Assembly (NCBI RefSeq): GCF_037042905.1
Contig: NC_087249.1
Coordinates: forward strand, 30,690,001-30,754,000
Reading direction: 5' to 3'
Length of the DNA stretch: 64,000 nucleotides
From: Lytechinus pictus
Lineage: Eukaryota
Under the pieces are notes generated by a model. The model saw only the letters and a program-made list of their open reading frames with translations, did no database searches and was not told where the DNA came from. The position numbers and the translations under genes were made by a program. Below, in pieces: positions 52,731-64,000 of this stretch; within the stretch, counting starts at the first letter, position 1; every line of letters begins with the position of its first letter.

Positions 52731-54447
52731 CACACACATGAAAAGAGGTTGGAATACCAAAACCCAAAATACATCCATTTCAAAGACACAAATTAAAATA
52801 TTCCCAGTGTTTCGCAATATACAACAAGAAGTATTTGATTTCCATTTTTTGGAAACACAATAGCTAATTTTGAATCAGTATACAAGCCTCTATTTCATGT
52901 ATTACTTATCGCGATTTTATTGGGTTGTGGCTTTTTGCATGTCAATATGATTTTGCAATTAAGTTTTTCATATAAAGCTTTCCGATAAAGCTTTGTGAAA
53001 TCCACACCAATGCGTTATAAAGTTCATTATATATAATATGTTACATTTTATTTTTTTTTACATCAAGGCAAATTCATTTATCAATATATTCATAATATTT
53101 ACTCCCCCCCCAAAAAAAAAAAAAAAAAAATAGGTAATGTAATCAATCCATTTCAGTTTGGTTTTCAGCTTAGTTTTATTCACAAGACAAACCTTATAAA
53201 AAAAGGTCCGGAGACTAAAAATATGACCTAACAAGTAAAACATAAGTGCAAAAGAATGAAACATTAATTAACTGACTAAATTTCGTCCCAAAAGCAAGTA
53301 GGCCTATACATCTAAACATGAAATATGGGGAGTTTAGTTAAAAAGGGAAAGGGGGGAATCAGATACATGCACAGGAACAAGGTGGTGGTGAAGTGATGTC
53401 GTTAATGTAGCTGCCGCTTGTCATGTCTGTTGTCGTCGAAAGCAATTGTTCACTGTACAAGTGAAGGGCGAGAGAGAGAGAGAGAGAGGGGGGGGGCTGG
53501 GGGCATCGCCTTAGGTGCCCAAATACTTTGAACGTCGGTTGAACGACTTCATCCCCATGATCACTGATATTACCGTCTGGTATGACATTGAACGCCAGGT
53601 TGCAACGTGAGACATGCTGACGGAATGACAAAATATCGATTTCTTAGCTTTGCACATCCTCAAGGATTCAATCTTCTACACAAAAGTAACAAAGACATCA
53701 CGGGCTGGTCGAGGACCGGTAAATCTCCAACAATAGGACTGAGACCTTAGAAAAACCCCTCTCGAAACTGTTATGACAGCACTGTCGGACTATTTACATG
53801 GTTAAGGCATTGGACCGAATATGTTCCGCAAACATAGGTGACGTAGTGCTTTTGGACATTACAAACTTAATGGCCGAAACTTGGTTTAGACGAGCAAACC
53901 TCTTTTTTTTTCGTATAAAAAAGGACATAATTCCAATTCTTTTGATGATGTTATCGACATAAGGGCTATTCGATTTAAAATGGATATAAGATGGATATTC
54001 ATATAGTTTAAGGTGAGTATACAACGTTTTCTTTTTTCTATTACGTCACGTTTACTTTGCATTATTCGAGTACTAATTGCAATATACATGTATATCACCA
54101 ATACAACATTAACATTTTTCGCGGTGTCATCCAGAATTTTCAGATGGAAGATCCAAAGTTGCATCTTTTTTCGTTGTTTTCGGTGGTAATGTATGCACTT
54201 TTAATTTCCCAGTGTTATTTTGCTTCTGTTAATATGGAAAAGGTTTAATAAATATGATTTATCCGGGGAAAAACGCACATCCCATTGAATTTGTTAACTA
54301 CAAATGATGAAATCATGAATATAAAATTTATATACAAAAATGGGTGTCGATCGGTGTTCAAGAAACTTTCATCTCACACCAATGTGTAAATGGGTCATGT
54401 TTATTATTGCACTCTGTGATTATGAAAAAGACGCTATTTTTGTTCTT

Positions 54448-54696
54448 CACTCTAAAAATATTGGGTAAAAGTGCTCCATGAGGGTAATTATGTGTCCAAC
54501 CAATATTAGACATTTCTTTCGGGCATTTTTATTTATCCAGTGTGATGAAAATTTTGCCCATTCTAAAGTAATTGTTGCTTGTTTTTTAACCTTACTGGAC
54601 AACTTCCCGCATTGGGTACGTGTAAAATACTGCCCCAAATTGGTTTTAATAACCCTCGTGGTGGTGAAAATTTTACCCAATATTTTTTTTACAGTG
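54448..54696. mobile_element. CACT-ended MITE
   Basis: Same family as 43711-43963. Confidence 0.7.
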
Positions 54697-55067
54697 TATA
54701 TTATTACGCATTTTTAATTCTTCTTTATCTGAAGACTTACAACTAGAAGTAACAGCTGTATCGAAATTTTTTGTTTAATAAATATGATTCGAGTCATTTA
54801 TGACCGTGTATAATGTTGTTTATGAGTGAAGTACAATACTAAGATCAAATCAGCAAGATATTTGTTGCAATATCTCATTGTAAAGAAACTATATGTATGT
54901 TAGGCCTGTGGTATGCCAACCGATGGTAATTTCATGAAGTCTCTAACAAGGTGGGATCATTATATTAAAAGTTTTCAGATTGCTGTTGATAACGTTTGGA
55001 TCAAGTAAACAGTTCTAGCATCATGTCTTTCTCCACTTTGCAGATTCAATTTCAAGTGATCAACAAG

Positions 55068-58000
55068 ATGAAAGGCCGGGAAAAAGACACTCTGGGAAAA
55101 TCCCTGACTGACTTTGGCAACGAAACGACGATTCACGGCATCCAGTACGTCATCAACAAAGAAAACATCCCCTACCGACTTTGCTGGTTGCTAATCTGCA
55201 TCGGGTTCTCCGTCGTGTTCATCATCCAAGGCGTCGCTATCATTAACGATTTTCTTACGTGGCCGTACTCGACGAAGATCGACATCGTCGGGAGACCAAG
55301 CCTGACCTTCCCGGCAGTGACCGTGTGCAATGCTAATATGATGAGGCGTTCGAGACTGGTGGATACGCGATTCGAAGGCCTGATCGCTCTCGATGGCGGA
55401 ATCAGCGGAGCCGACTACGACTACTCCTGGTGGTTTTCCTCCGACTTCGTAAACGCTTACCAGGGATCAGAGAGTAGTTTGAATAGGAAGAAGCGAAGTC
55501 CACCCGAGTCGATAAACTATGATACGTTTTCTTGGTATAATCCTTCCGCGGATTCCGATTTCCAGTATTACGCTGATAACTGGGACGCGGTGAGCGACGA
55601 GAATGACTGGCTTGGGTTTTATAGGGCATCGAGAGCAGACGACTATAGCGACTTTGTCGACGTTGTCAACCCGTCACAGTCAGAGTTAAGTGATTACGGT
55701 CATCAGCTTGAAGATTTCGTACTGCAGTGTACCTTCGATAGACGTCAGTGTAATATCAGGTAAGCTCATTTGAATCTAGAGATAATATGCGTCGACATAA
55801 TGTCGACATTTTAATTACTATTTTGACAAACTTGACAAAAGAAGGAGGCGGAGTAAGAGATGAAGTAAATATGACCCCTCATCGACTGTCCAGTTTCTTG
55901 AGGAACATAAGTATTAAGATGGCGATCTTACTCCGATTCTAAATGTGTCGTATAGTGAACCTCATGTCTCCAAAAGCAGTCAATGATCACTACGAAGTGC
56001 AATAAAGAAATATCACAAACAACTGGGCTTACATTTAAAATAAAGGCTTGTGCAAAAACTAGTAAATCATCTCTCTTAAATCTTGAATTTCATTACTGTT
56101 ATGCCGTGTATATATGTTAGTGTCTAACTGTACATTATCATGTAGAAATGACACCCCACAAACACCGGCATATTGAAAACTATGACAGCTGATAACATGT
56201 GTCTTTTCCTATTTCATTATCAGTGATACAAATTTACATACATAAATTATCAATATCGTATGTCCATGATTGTTTTGTATTTCAGTCAGGATTTTTACGT
56301 TTGGCAGAATCGTTACTTCGGTAATTGTTTTACATTCAACTCGGCATTGTCTCCTGCAAATCTGACCAGAACCACGGGCAAAACTGGTGGACTTAGTGGT
56401 AAGTGACTTATCGTCTGATCCATCCGCCATTTTCTTCTCAAATACACCTACTACTCTATTTTCACTATGGATGATTTTCGAGAAAAGTCTAGTTACTTTT
56501 AAGCACCGGTCTACAGACAAGTGCGATCATGATTTAAATCCCATGAGTCGTATTTTTTGTATTTGTTTTGCCTGCAGGGTGCAAGTGTATTTCATATATA
56601 ATATTTTCCGAGTTGCAATATGGTGATATTCTGATTTAATGTCCTTTTTGCTTCTTACTCCAATTTACAATTTTTCTTTTATTTGTGCCTATCTAACATG
56701 TTCAACACGATTCTTTCATTTTTTCTACATATTTACTTTTCCAAAGTATTTGTTATTTATTTCTTTAATATTTCCCCTATTATTTAATATCCATGTCACT
56801 TTCTTTCTGTAGGTTTACATCTAACGCTTTTCGTCGAGCAACCAGAGTACATGGGAATCCTTTCTCCCCACACGGGGGCAAAGGTCAGTATTCACCACCC
56901 TGACGTGTTTCCTTTTCCGGAGGATGACGCTCTGGAGTTGTCGACTGGACAAGAGACATCAATCGGTATTCGTCAGGTATTGGATAAATTTTATTGTTTT
57001 TCATTTAAACCAAAATATTCGTGCGGAAGGAGCTAAAGGTGCTAGAATGAATGACCCTCTTCCCCAATAAAAACTGAGCCGTTAGCAAAAAGTATATAAA
57101 TAAATTAATACTTATCTATAGGCGGAAGGCCTTCTTATCCGTCCTTTGGCACCAGAGTACCTGAGCTATAATTTTTATCAGCCGTGACTTAAAGAACCGG
57201 TCCCACTACACTTACGGATGCAGATAGAATGTAAAACGGAAAAGAATCTTGCCATCCGTTGGAAAACGTTATGTATCCGTTGTGTACTCTTTGCATACGT
57301 GTTTCATATGCTCTATATCAGGGATTCTCAAATGGTGGCGCGCGCGCCACTTGTGGCGCACCGAGCCTTGCGGAGTGGCGCTTGGGAGCAGGTATAAAAA
57401 AAAGAACGTAAAAATAAGGAAAAATTGGTGAGAAAAAATGTATCTACCAGTAACCTGGAAATAAGGATTTGGTGCTTAATACAAAGAGAAAACAAAAACT
57501 CTTTACTTGACACTTAATTGCTAATTGATTTCCTCAAATTTTGTCCAATTTAGCACTCGATAACCCCTATTATGGAGGGTCGATGGTGTTCTCCTTTTTA
57601 TTCATTCTATGCTGTACAAAGTTAATGTTCCACACAAGTGATTTGAAAACCCCGTTTGTATGATTTCTCTTTCAACGGCGAGAAATTTTCCATTTCCAGA
57701 GTATACGTTTTGGTTAAGAGTTAAACATCAAATAATATGATATTCAAAGTACATCCTGATCATAAAAGATTATGACTTTGGGACATAACAACCATGACTT
57801 TGTTTCCGGAGCCGATTAAAATCCGAAGTTGTAAAAGTGAAATACATGTATGGTCAGACGTATTGCCTGCTGTGATTGCCTGCATGCACTCTTGCTTAAC
57901 ACGAGTTGTAGAGAGAGAGATCTATCGAGAGGGGCAGTTTGGGGCGTTAGTGCAGTGCAACGCCTAATTTTCAGCCCTTGCAAAATCGGGGAACGTAACT

Positions 58001-61000
58001 TCAGCCACTGGCGTACAGATGGGGATGGGGATTTGGGGGCCCCCCAAGTGTTTCACGGCCAAGAAAAAAAAAGGAGAAAAGGAAAGGGAAAGAGTGGAAT
58101 ATTGTATTATTTTCTTAATATTATGTCAAAATATAGATTTTTGTATTGAAAAATTCAATATTTTTGCTTCAGCTGCCATATCTTGCCCCTTATTTTTTTT
58201 TACTCATTACGCCACTTTCTTCAGCCAATAGGTCTGGTGCAAAACAGTTTGAACTAGTGGTATCATTGGTATGTTGTGAAAAAGTCACTGGTAATTTTTC
58301 TTTTAATATTCATATTGTGTAGTTTGTTGGCATTTGTATTTCTTCTGTGGATATTAATTAGAGCCCCTCTGGGCAATTTAAAAGCCTCATATTCAAAAAC
58401 TTCTGGGGGCTCTGCCCCCTCGACCCCCACCAGGGGCCTCTGGACCCCCTCCGCTGATACATTGCTGGTTTGCATAATGGATAGTGCGGGGGATAGTGGA
58501 GCATTACAGATTCTCAACAAGAAATGTGGCGCTTCAAAAAAAGTAATTGAGAATGGCTGCTCTATATCCATAGAGCATCCGTCCTCTGTGATTTCATTGT
58601 TCGCCCATTCTGTCCATTGTCTGGTGCAGATGAAAATGGATGGATACATCCCAAAATTTCACTTGTCCGCTGTATCCGTTATGAATACGTTTTGTGTCCG
58701 CCGGCCAGTGGGACCAGGTCTTTAATCCGCAACAAACGTTCCATGTCCGTTATCATCCGTTAGACGTCCGCTGTATATATCCTCTCTACATCCTCTGGGC
58801 ATCCCTGTAACTCAGATCAACTGAAGCTGAACAACGGAAAGAGGGAGGAAAGATAAAGTACATGGAACGTCTGTACATCGTTAGTAGCAAGGACATAGAA
58901 AAGATGTAAGCGTATGCATCTCGTAAATAAAGTATTCAAAACCTCCGGTAACCCCATTCGGAGCTGTCATCCACTTCCATCCGTTTTCATCAACAAGGTT
59001 TCCGATAAGCAATCGTTTAACATCCGCGCTACGTACTACCCACGTCCGTTTTTTTTCCGTTATGTTTTAGCACATTTTTCGCCAATTTTATCCATTTCTG
59101 GAGCGGATGAAAACGGATGGAGCCATCTGCGAAATGTTTTTCGTCCGCTGTGTTCTGACCTTTATGAATACGTTTTGTATCAGTGGGCCAGTGGGACCAG
59201 GCCTTTACGTTTCTCCATCCTTATACTGCAGTTGCACAAAACAAAACCGACTCCAAATCCGAACAATGATATTCCATTTGAAATTATGTGATAGGTTTGA
59301 CCGGCCTGGAATCAGTTTCGTTGTGACTGTGACATAAACCCATGCTCATTGTCGTTTATAATTTATTGTAACCATATTTTGTTGGTGCATGAAAACCTTG
59401 TCTTGGTATTTTGACCCGATTATTTTATTCCAAGAATGTATACTCCTGTGGAGTGTACTGTATAGGGATCGAGGCAACAGACGAATTGATTGGAAACTGA
59501 AAACTGCAACCCTAATTGTGATTCACACTGCATGTGAACTTCACCATGATTACACATACACCCATACAGGAGCGGATCATGCAGGATTTTATAAAAGGGT
59601 CACATTTTCCAGAGGAAAATTTGACAAGCGAAAAAAAAAAGGTTTTCACCAAAATATGAAGGTCATTTCGTCCACGTAAAATTTGACAGAAAAAATGTCT
59701 TCACTTGTGTATGAACGACATATTCCCATTCAAATATAAATAAAAATAAGGGGGGCACACTTGTGTAAGAACGGCATATTACCATTAAAAATTGTGATTA
59801 TGGCTGTCAAGGTGGGGGGGGGGGTACGTGTCGGATGTGCCCCCCTTTATCCGCCACTGCCCCCATATTCACAGTCAAGGAGATAAACTTTAAAACGGTT
59901 CTGATAAATACTTAAATTATCTTCCCACTATTTTAGGAATACATCAAACGTCTTGGTGGATACTACACGAATTGTACTCTTGACGGCGGTGAAACTAACT
60001 TTACCTCCTCCGACTACACCTATTCATTGTCAGCGTGTAAAAAGATGTGTTATCAGCGTCACCTGCATCAGTTCTGTGGATGCGTCGACAACCAATTCTT
60101 CGACACCAATCAAATACCATGTGATGTGCTCAATGCGACGCAACGTAAGTAATCATTATATCTAAACTCAGCTAATGCGACCATGGAATCATTTTTTCCT
60201 GATTTTTTTTTTGAAAAATGATGCGTCAATCCCTTAGCGCTACTTGCGCTAGTTTTCGCTTATTTTATCATTATACAATTAGGATTGTCTTGACACCATC
60301 ATCGACATCATAGTTGTATTGTTGCCTGAGGAGCGTTTCATGAAAGTACTTGTCGGACGTTTTATCCGTCAATTCCCGTTTCATCCGACAGTTACCATAG
60401 TGACAGTGATTCTCAGCCAATCAAAATCACAGAATGTTGTCAGACCTGATAACTTGTCGGACAAAAGTGTTGATGACACTCCTCTGTTCTTTTGAGATCG
60501 GTATTTTTGGTCATACCATACGCCGTCCTTGCGTCAAGGAAAATGACGCTTCCACTTCAACGCATGGCAGGCCTCTGCCCCCCCCCCCTCTTTGTGTGCT
60601 TCAATCTGGATGCCCGTGACGAATTATGTTTTGCTATCGGAAAAATCTGTATACTAAAACGTGTTTTTTTTTATTTAAACAAACAAATTCCCTGCAAATT
60701 TGTCATTATTGACGATTTTCATTTTTTTCGATTTTCGAAGTTTCATTTCTCAAGCATGTATATAGGCCTGCGTATTATATAATATTCATCACATTTCAAA
60801 ATACTTTTATTTTCATTTTTCACCATCTCTTCATTTTCCATCTATTTCATCTGTTCTCCTATCGTTCCTTCTATTTTTGCTTAATTTTTTTTTTTAGAAT
60901 GGTGTCGTCAGTATGTTGAAGAGAGGTACCTTGACGATGACTTAGCATGTGTCTGTCCGTCACCGTGCACGTAAGTGTTTATGACACCTAAACTTGCAAA

Positions 61001-63378
61001 AGTTTTTCCTCAAATATGAATTTACTACACACACAAAAATGAAATTAATACAGTAATACGATATAATTTGTTTCAAAGATATTATTTATGATGAATTAAA
61101 GTCAGTCTTCAATCATCTTAAAGTATCCAAATATTGAAAAAGGAATAAAACAAAAAATAAATAAATCATGTGTGAACAATGAATATGAACATTTGATTTT
61201 GATAATAAAACTTTGAATTTCATATATTTTTTAACAATAATTCGTGAGTTGGTTTCTAGATGTGAATGTATATCCATACTGAATATGGTTAACTGTGAAA
61301 AATCAATTTTCATTTAGTCAGTATCTCCGCGTATATGGTCTGGATATAGGACCTCTTCGGTCAATTGGATGGTCTCCTGAAGAGTCCAATTGAAAAAAAA
61401 AAGTGAATATACTTTACAAATGAAAACGTCAAATATACATTATAAACATTAAATTAAAAAAAATCAACATTACAAACGCGATAATTGGCACGTAAAATCA
61501 CGCGCCGTGTGTTTATTTCAGATGGAGTACTTTCAATAGCGAGGTTTATCAATATGTCGGTCACATTGCGCAGTAATCAATCTTATTGTTAAACATCGCG
61601 CGTCCTTAGAAAAATGATTCAACTATTTGGGTGTAGTAGTTATAATCGATACGATGAAGAATGGTTTCGATTGAATCACCACTAATCTTCGATCAGTCGA
61701 CTGTCAGTAAGTTGTACACCTCCTGGTCATACAATTTGCAAACAGAATACGAGTTTGGTAAAATTGGTGTTCTCTTCAACCTTAGAACCTCTAAAGGTAC
61801 ATCTAAGTCAAACATCTTTATCTATTAAAAATAAAAGGTGCTCGGGTTAAAATCAAACACACCAAATTGGTATAGGGAATATATCCCAAATATTTTAAGA
61901 AAAAAAAGATTTAGATTGGGAACGTTTTCCTTATGATAAAAGATGTCATGCATCGGAAATTAATATTTCACTGTAACAAGAATATATCAGTCTTAATCAC
62001 TTTATTTGATATACAGGACTTTTACAAACTCGACCCCATAACATATACAGTTGCCACTGTGAAGTGAATAAACAAGGCTTTTTACATGTATAATTGATAA
62101 TGACAGTGAGAGCATATTAAACCTTTAAAAATGTCGATATAATTATACTTAAGATTATATATTGAGAATCATAATGATCAGACTCTGATTGTACTTCAAT
62201 CAATATTATTTCAAGTATATGTAAATGTGATATAGCTCCATCTTCTTTTTTTTACTATATACATGTAAATTTCATTCTCTATCTTAACCCCACTTACACT
62301 CCTTTCTTTCCTCATTTCTTTCCTTGATTTCCTTTCTTCCTTCCTTTCTATTTTCTTCGATCCCCTCTCTCCCCCTTCCCTTATCCCCCTTTGTCTCATC
62401 ACCTCTCTGCTCTCCTTATTGATCTTACACAGTAAAATGCTGTTTAAGATTTTATACAACGCTGTTTACTATATGAACCTTACAGTATTTGTTTAACCGT
62501 TTAAACAATCATGTTTAATTTATTGACAATTAGATACTGACAATTAAACTATGTTGCATAAGATTTAAACAGTTGTTTAAACAGTTTAAACAATTACTGT
62601 AAGGTTCATATAGTAAACAGCGTTGTATAATTTTTTTACTGTGTACAGGGAAACCAAGTACATCAAGAGTGCATCCTCTCTGCTGTGGCCCTCAGAACGA
62701 TATGAGGTAAAGATACTTTCATTTCTATTTGAAGGGTAACGCTTGATAGTCGAACTTTACTTGACACCGTCTTAAAACATAACTTTATTATTTCTTACTC
62801 TATTTCCAATCATGATGATGATTATGGCACCTTCCTTCTGTTTAAGAATAAACATTTAGAGCCCGGACTTGGTGAACTACAACATCCAGCGCTCAAATAA
62901 TTATCTAAGAAAGATGTATAAAGTCACTGACCGAATATAAACCCTTTTTGGGGAACATTATAAACGATATTTTCTGTTCACAAATTGAAACTATAAATCA
63001 TCATTCGTGTCACAGACATACAACACATGCTATCAGAAAATTAAGTCTGCGCTAGAGGAGAGTATTTGTTTTGTTTTCTCCGTCATTATATGGACTCTTT
63101 AAACGTGTTAAAGTTCCAAATAAAAATAAAATCTGAACATCATAAAAAAAACTTGTGATTCAAATTTTCAAAATTTCCACGTCACAAACTTCTAGTTTAA
63201 TTCGTCGATTTTATCTTAACTCATAGATATATTCAAAAAGATTTTTATTTGAAGTTATTGTTATATTCACAAATTTACTTCAACTGTTTCTTTCTTTTTA
63301 GGAGCATCTTCTTCGTCGTTTGAACGCATCTTCAAATAGCAACGCAGTACGAATATTATCAAGCAGTGTACTAAGCAG
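55068..63378 (+). CDS. Second DEG/ENaC channel subunit (tandem paralog); 3' end lies beyond the window
   Basis: Exons 55068-55759, 56286-56398, 56813-56976, 59937-60144, 60898-60970, 62649-62706, 63302-63378. Several exon sizes (164/208/73/58) match gene 1. Motifs TTIHG, FPAVTVCN, FGNCFTFN, GLHLTL, CVCPSPC, WPSE. An acceptor at 55043 implies an upstream (probably UTR) exon. Confidence 0.92.
57191..59206. mobile_element. Harbinger-like non-autonomous element (atccgt-rich) carrying a nested hAT element
   Basis: Left end aaagaaccggtcccact; right end agtgggaccaggccttt occurs twice (~58705-58723 and ~59188-59206). Confidence 0.55.
57319..58559. mobile_element. Non-autonomous hAT element
   Basis: cagggattctcaa...ttgagaatggctg termini with a perfect 8-bp TSD ctctatat (57311-57318 and 58560-58567). 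Confidence 0.75.
59567..59859. mobile_element. hAT-type MITE
   Basis: Same family as 18974-19304; TSD cacccata/cccccata. Confidence 0.7.
62428..62643. mobile_element. Palindromic CACAGTAAAA MITE abutting a splice acceptor
   Basis: cacagtaaaa...ttttactgtg termini with TA TSD; long internal inverted repeat. Confidence 0.75.
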
Positions 63379-63898
63379 GTTCGTGGAAAATCATTTTATT
63401 CTTTTTTTTTCATTTCACACCATTTCATTTCCAGGAACACAATAACACAGAACAATACAATGATGATAATAATTAATACAATAATTATTCTAATATTTAG
63501 CAACAGTGATCGGTTGTGAAACTCTTAGTTACTCATAATATCTAGTATATTTTTATTTTTCATTTTTTGAAAATTTTTATTAGCTAATCAAAAATCCATG
63601 GATACGAAATATGCTACCACTATCAACCTTCATCCTAATATACTGAACGCCTGAATCACTAGAAAATACTGGAATCTGTAATAACGAGCTGAGCCCAAAG
63701 TGATATATACTAGGGCAGTTCCTTCCAAAATATCAACCCGCATTTACCTCCATTTTTACCTCACCTCATCAACTACTCGATCCATGATATTGATAACATT
63801 TTATATTTGATATGAAGCACAAAGCGGAGATGAATCGTTTTTAGCTCTTCCTCATAATATCTACGAATGGGATGTCTTTATTAACTTGACCATAATTT

Positions 63899-64000
63899 AG
63901 GGTCGTGTGGTCGTGTGGTTAGAGCATTGGACTCATAATCGCAAGGTTCCCGCTCTATCATTGGGCCGTATGCATAAAAAGTAGCAATTGCTTGTGCTAG
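63899..64000 (+). mobile_element. tRNA-derived SINE head, partly deleted, running off the window
   Basis: gggtcgtgtggtcgtgtggttagagcattggactcataatcgcaaggtt is a tRNA-like 5' half with the B box truncated. Confidence 0.5.

Noticed and set aside
58263-59291. 125-149-aa ORFs in an intron of channel gene 2
   Set aside because: They lie in non-autonomous transposon sequence and show no transposase or other motifs.
1-64000. CRISPR array or prokaryotic system
   Set aside because: The DNA is eukaryotic with spliceosomal introns, and there are no regularly spaced repeats with unique spacers.

Overview
This is AT-rich, intron-containing animal DNA, probably a marine invertebrate deuterostome such as a sea urchin (inferred from gene families and repeat style, not verified). 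The left half (1-34.9 kb) is a tandem array of three ~10-kb units. Each unit carries a minus-strand, 7-exon, secreted amidase-type peptidoglycan recognition protein (PGRP) gene: two are complete and one runs off the left edge. The two complete units also carry an orphan copy of the last (TM2) exon of a DEG/ENaC channel. Each PGRP copy has its own insertion. Copy 1 has a Mutator-like element in intron 1. Copy 2 has a Tc1/mariner-type MITE in its last intron, containing an 8.9-kb element with split direct repeats (A1...B1-A2...B2, Ngaro/PAT-like), no intact ORF, and a predicted kissing-loop RNA structure in repeat B. Copy 3 has a 597-bp palindromic insertion with a 13-bp TSD just upstream of its ATG. 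The right half (36.9-64 kb) holds two tandem plus-strand DEG/ENaC (ASIC-like) channel genes: one complete (10 coding exons, 508 aa) and one cut off by the window edge. Their introns contain MITEs, SINEs, an Academ-like element and a LINE endonuclease fragment. All gene models were built by hand from splice sites and phase consistency; no database searches or folding programs were run.
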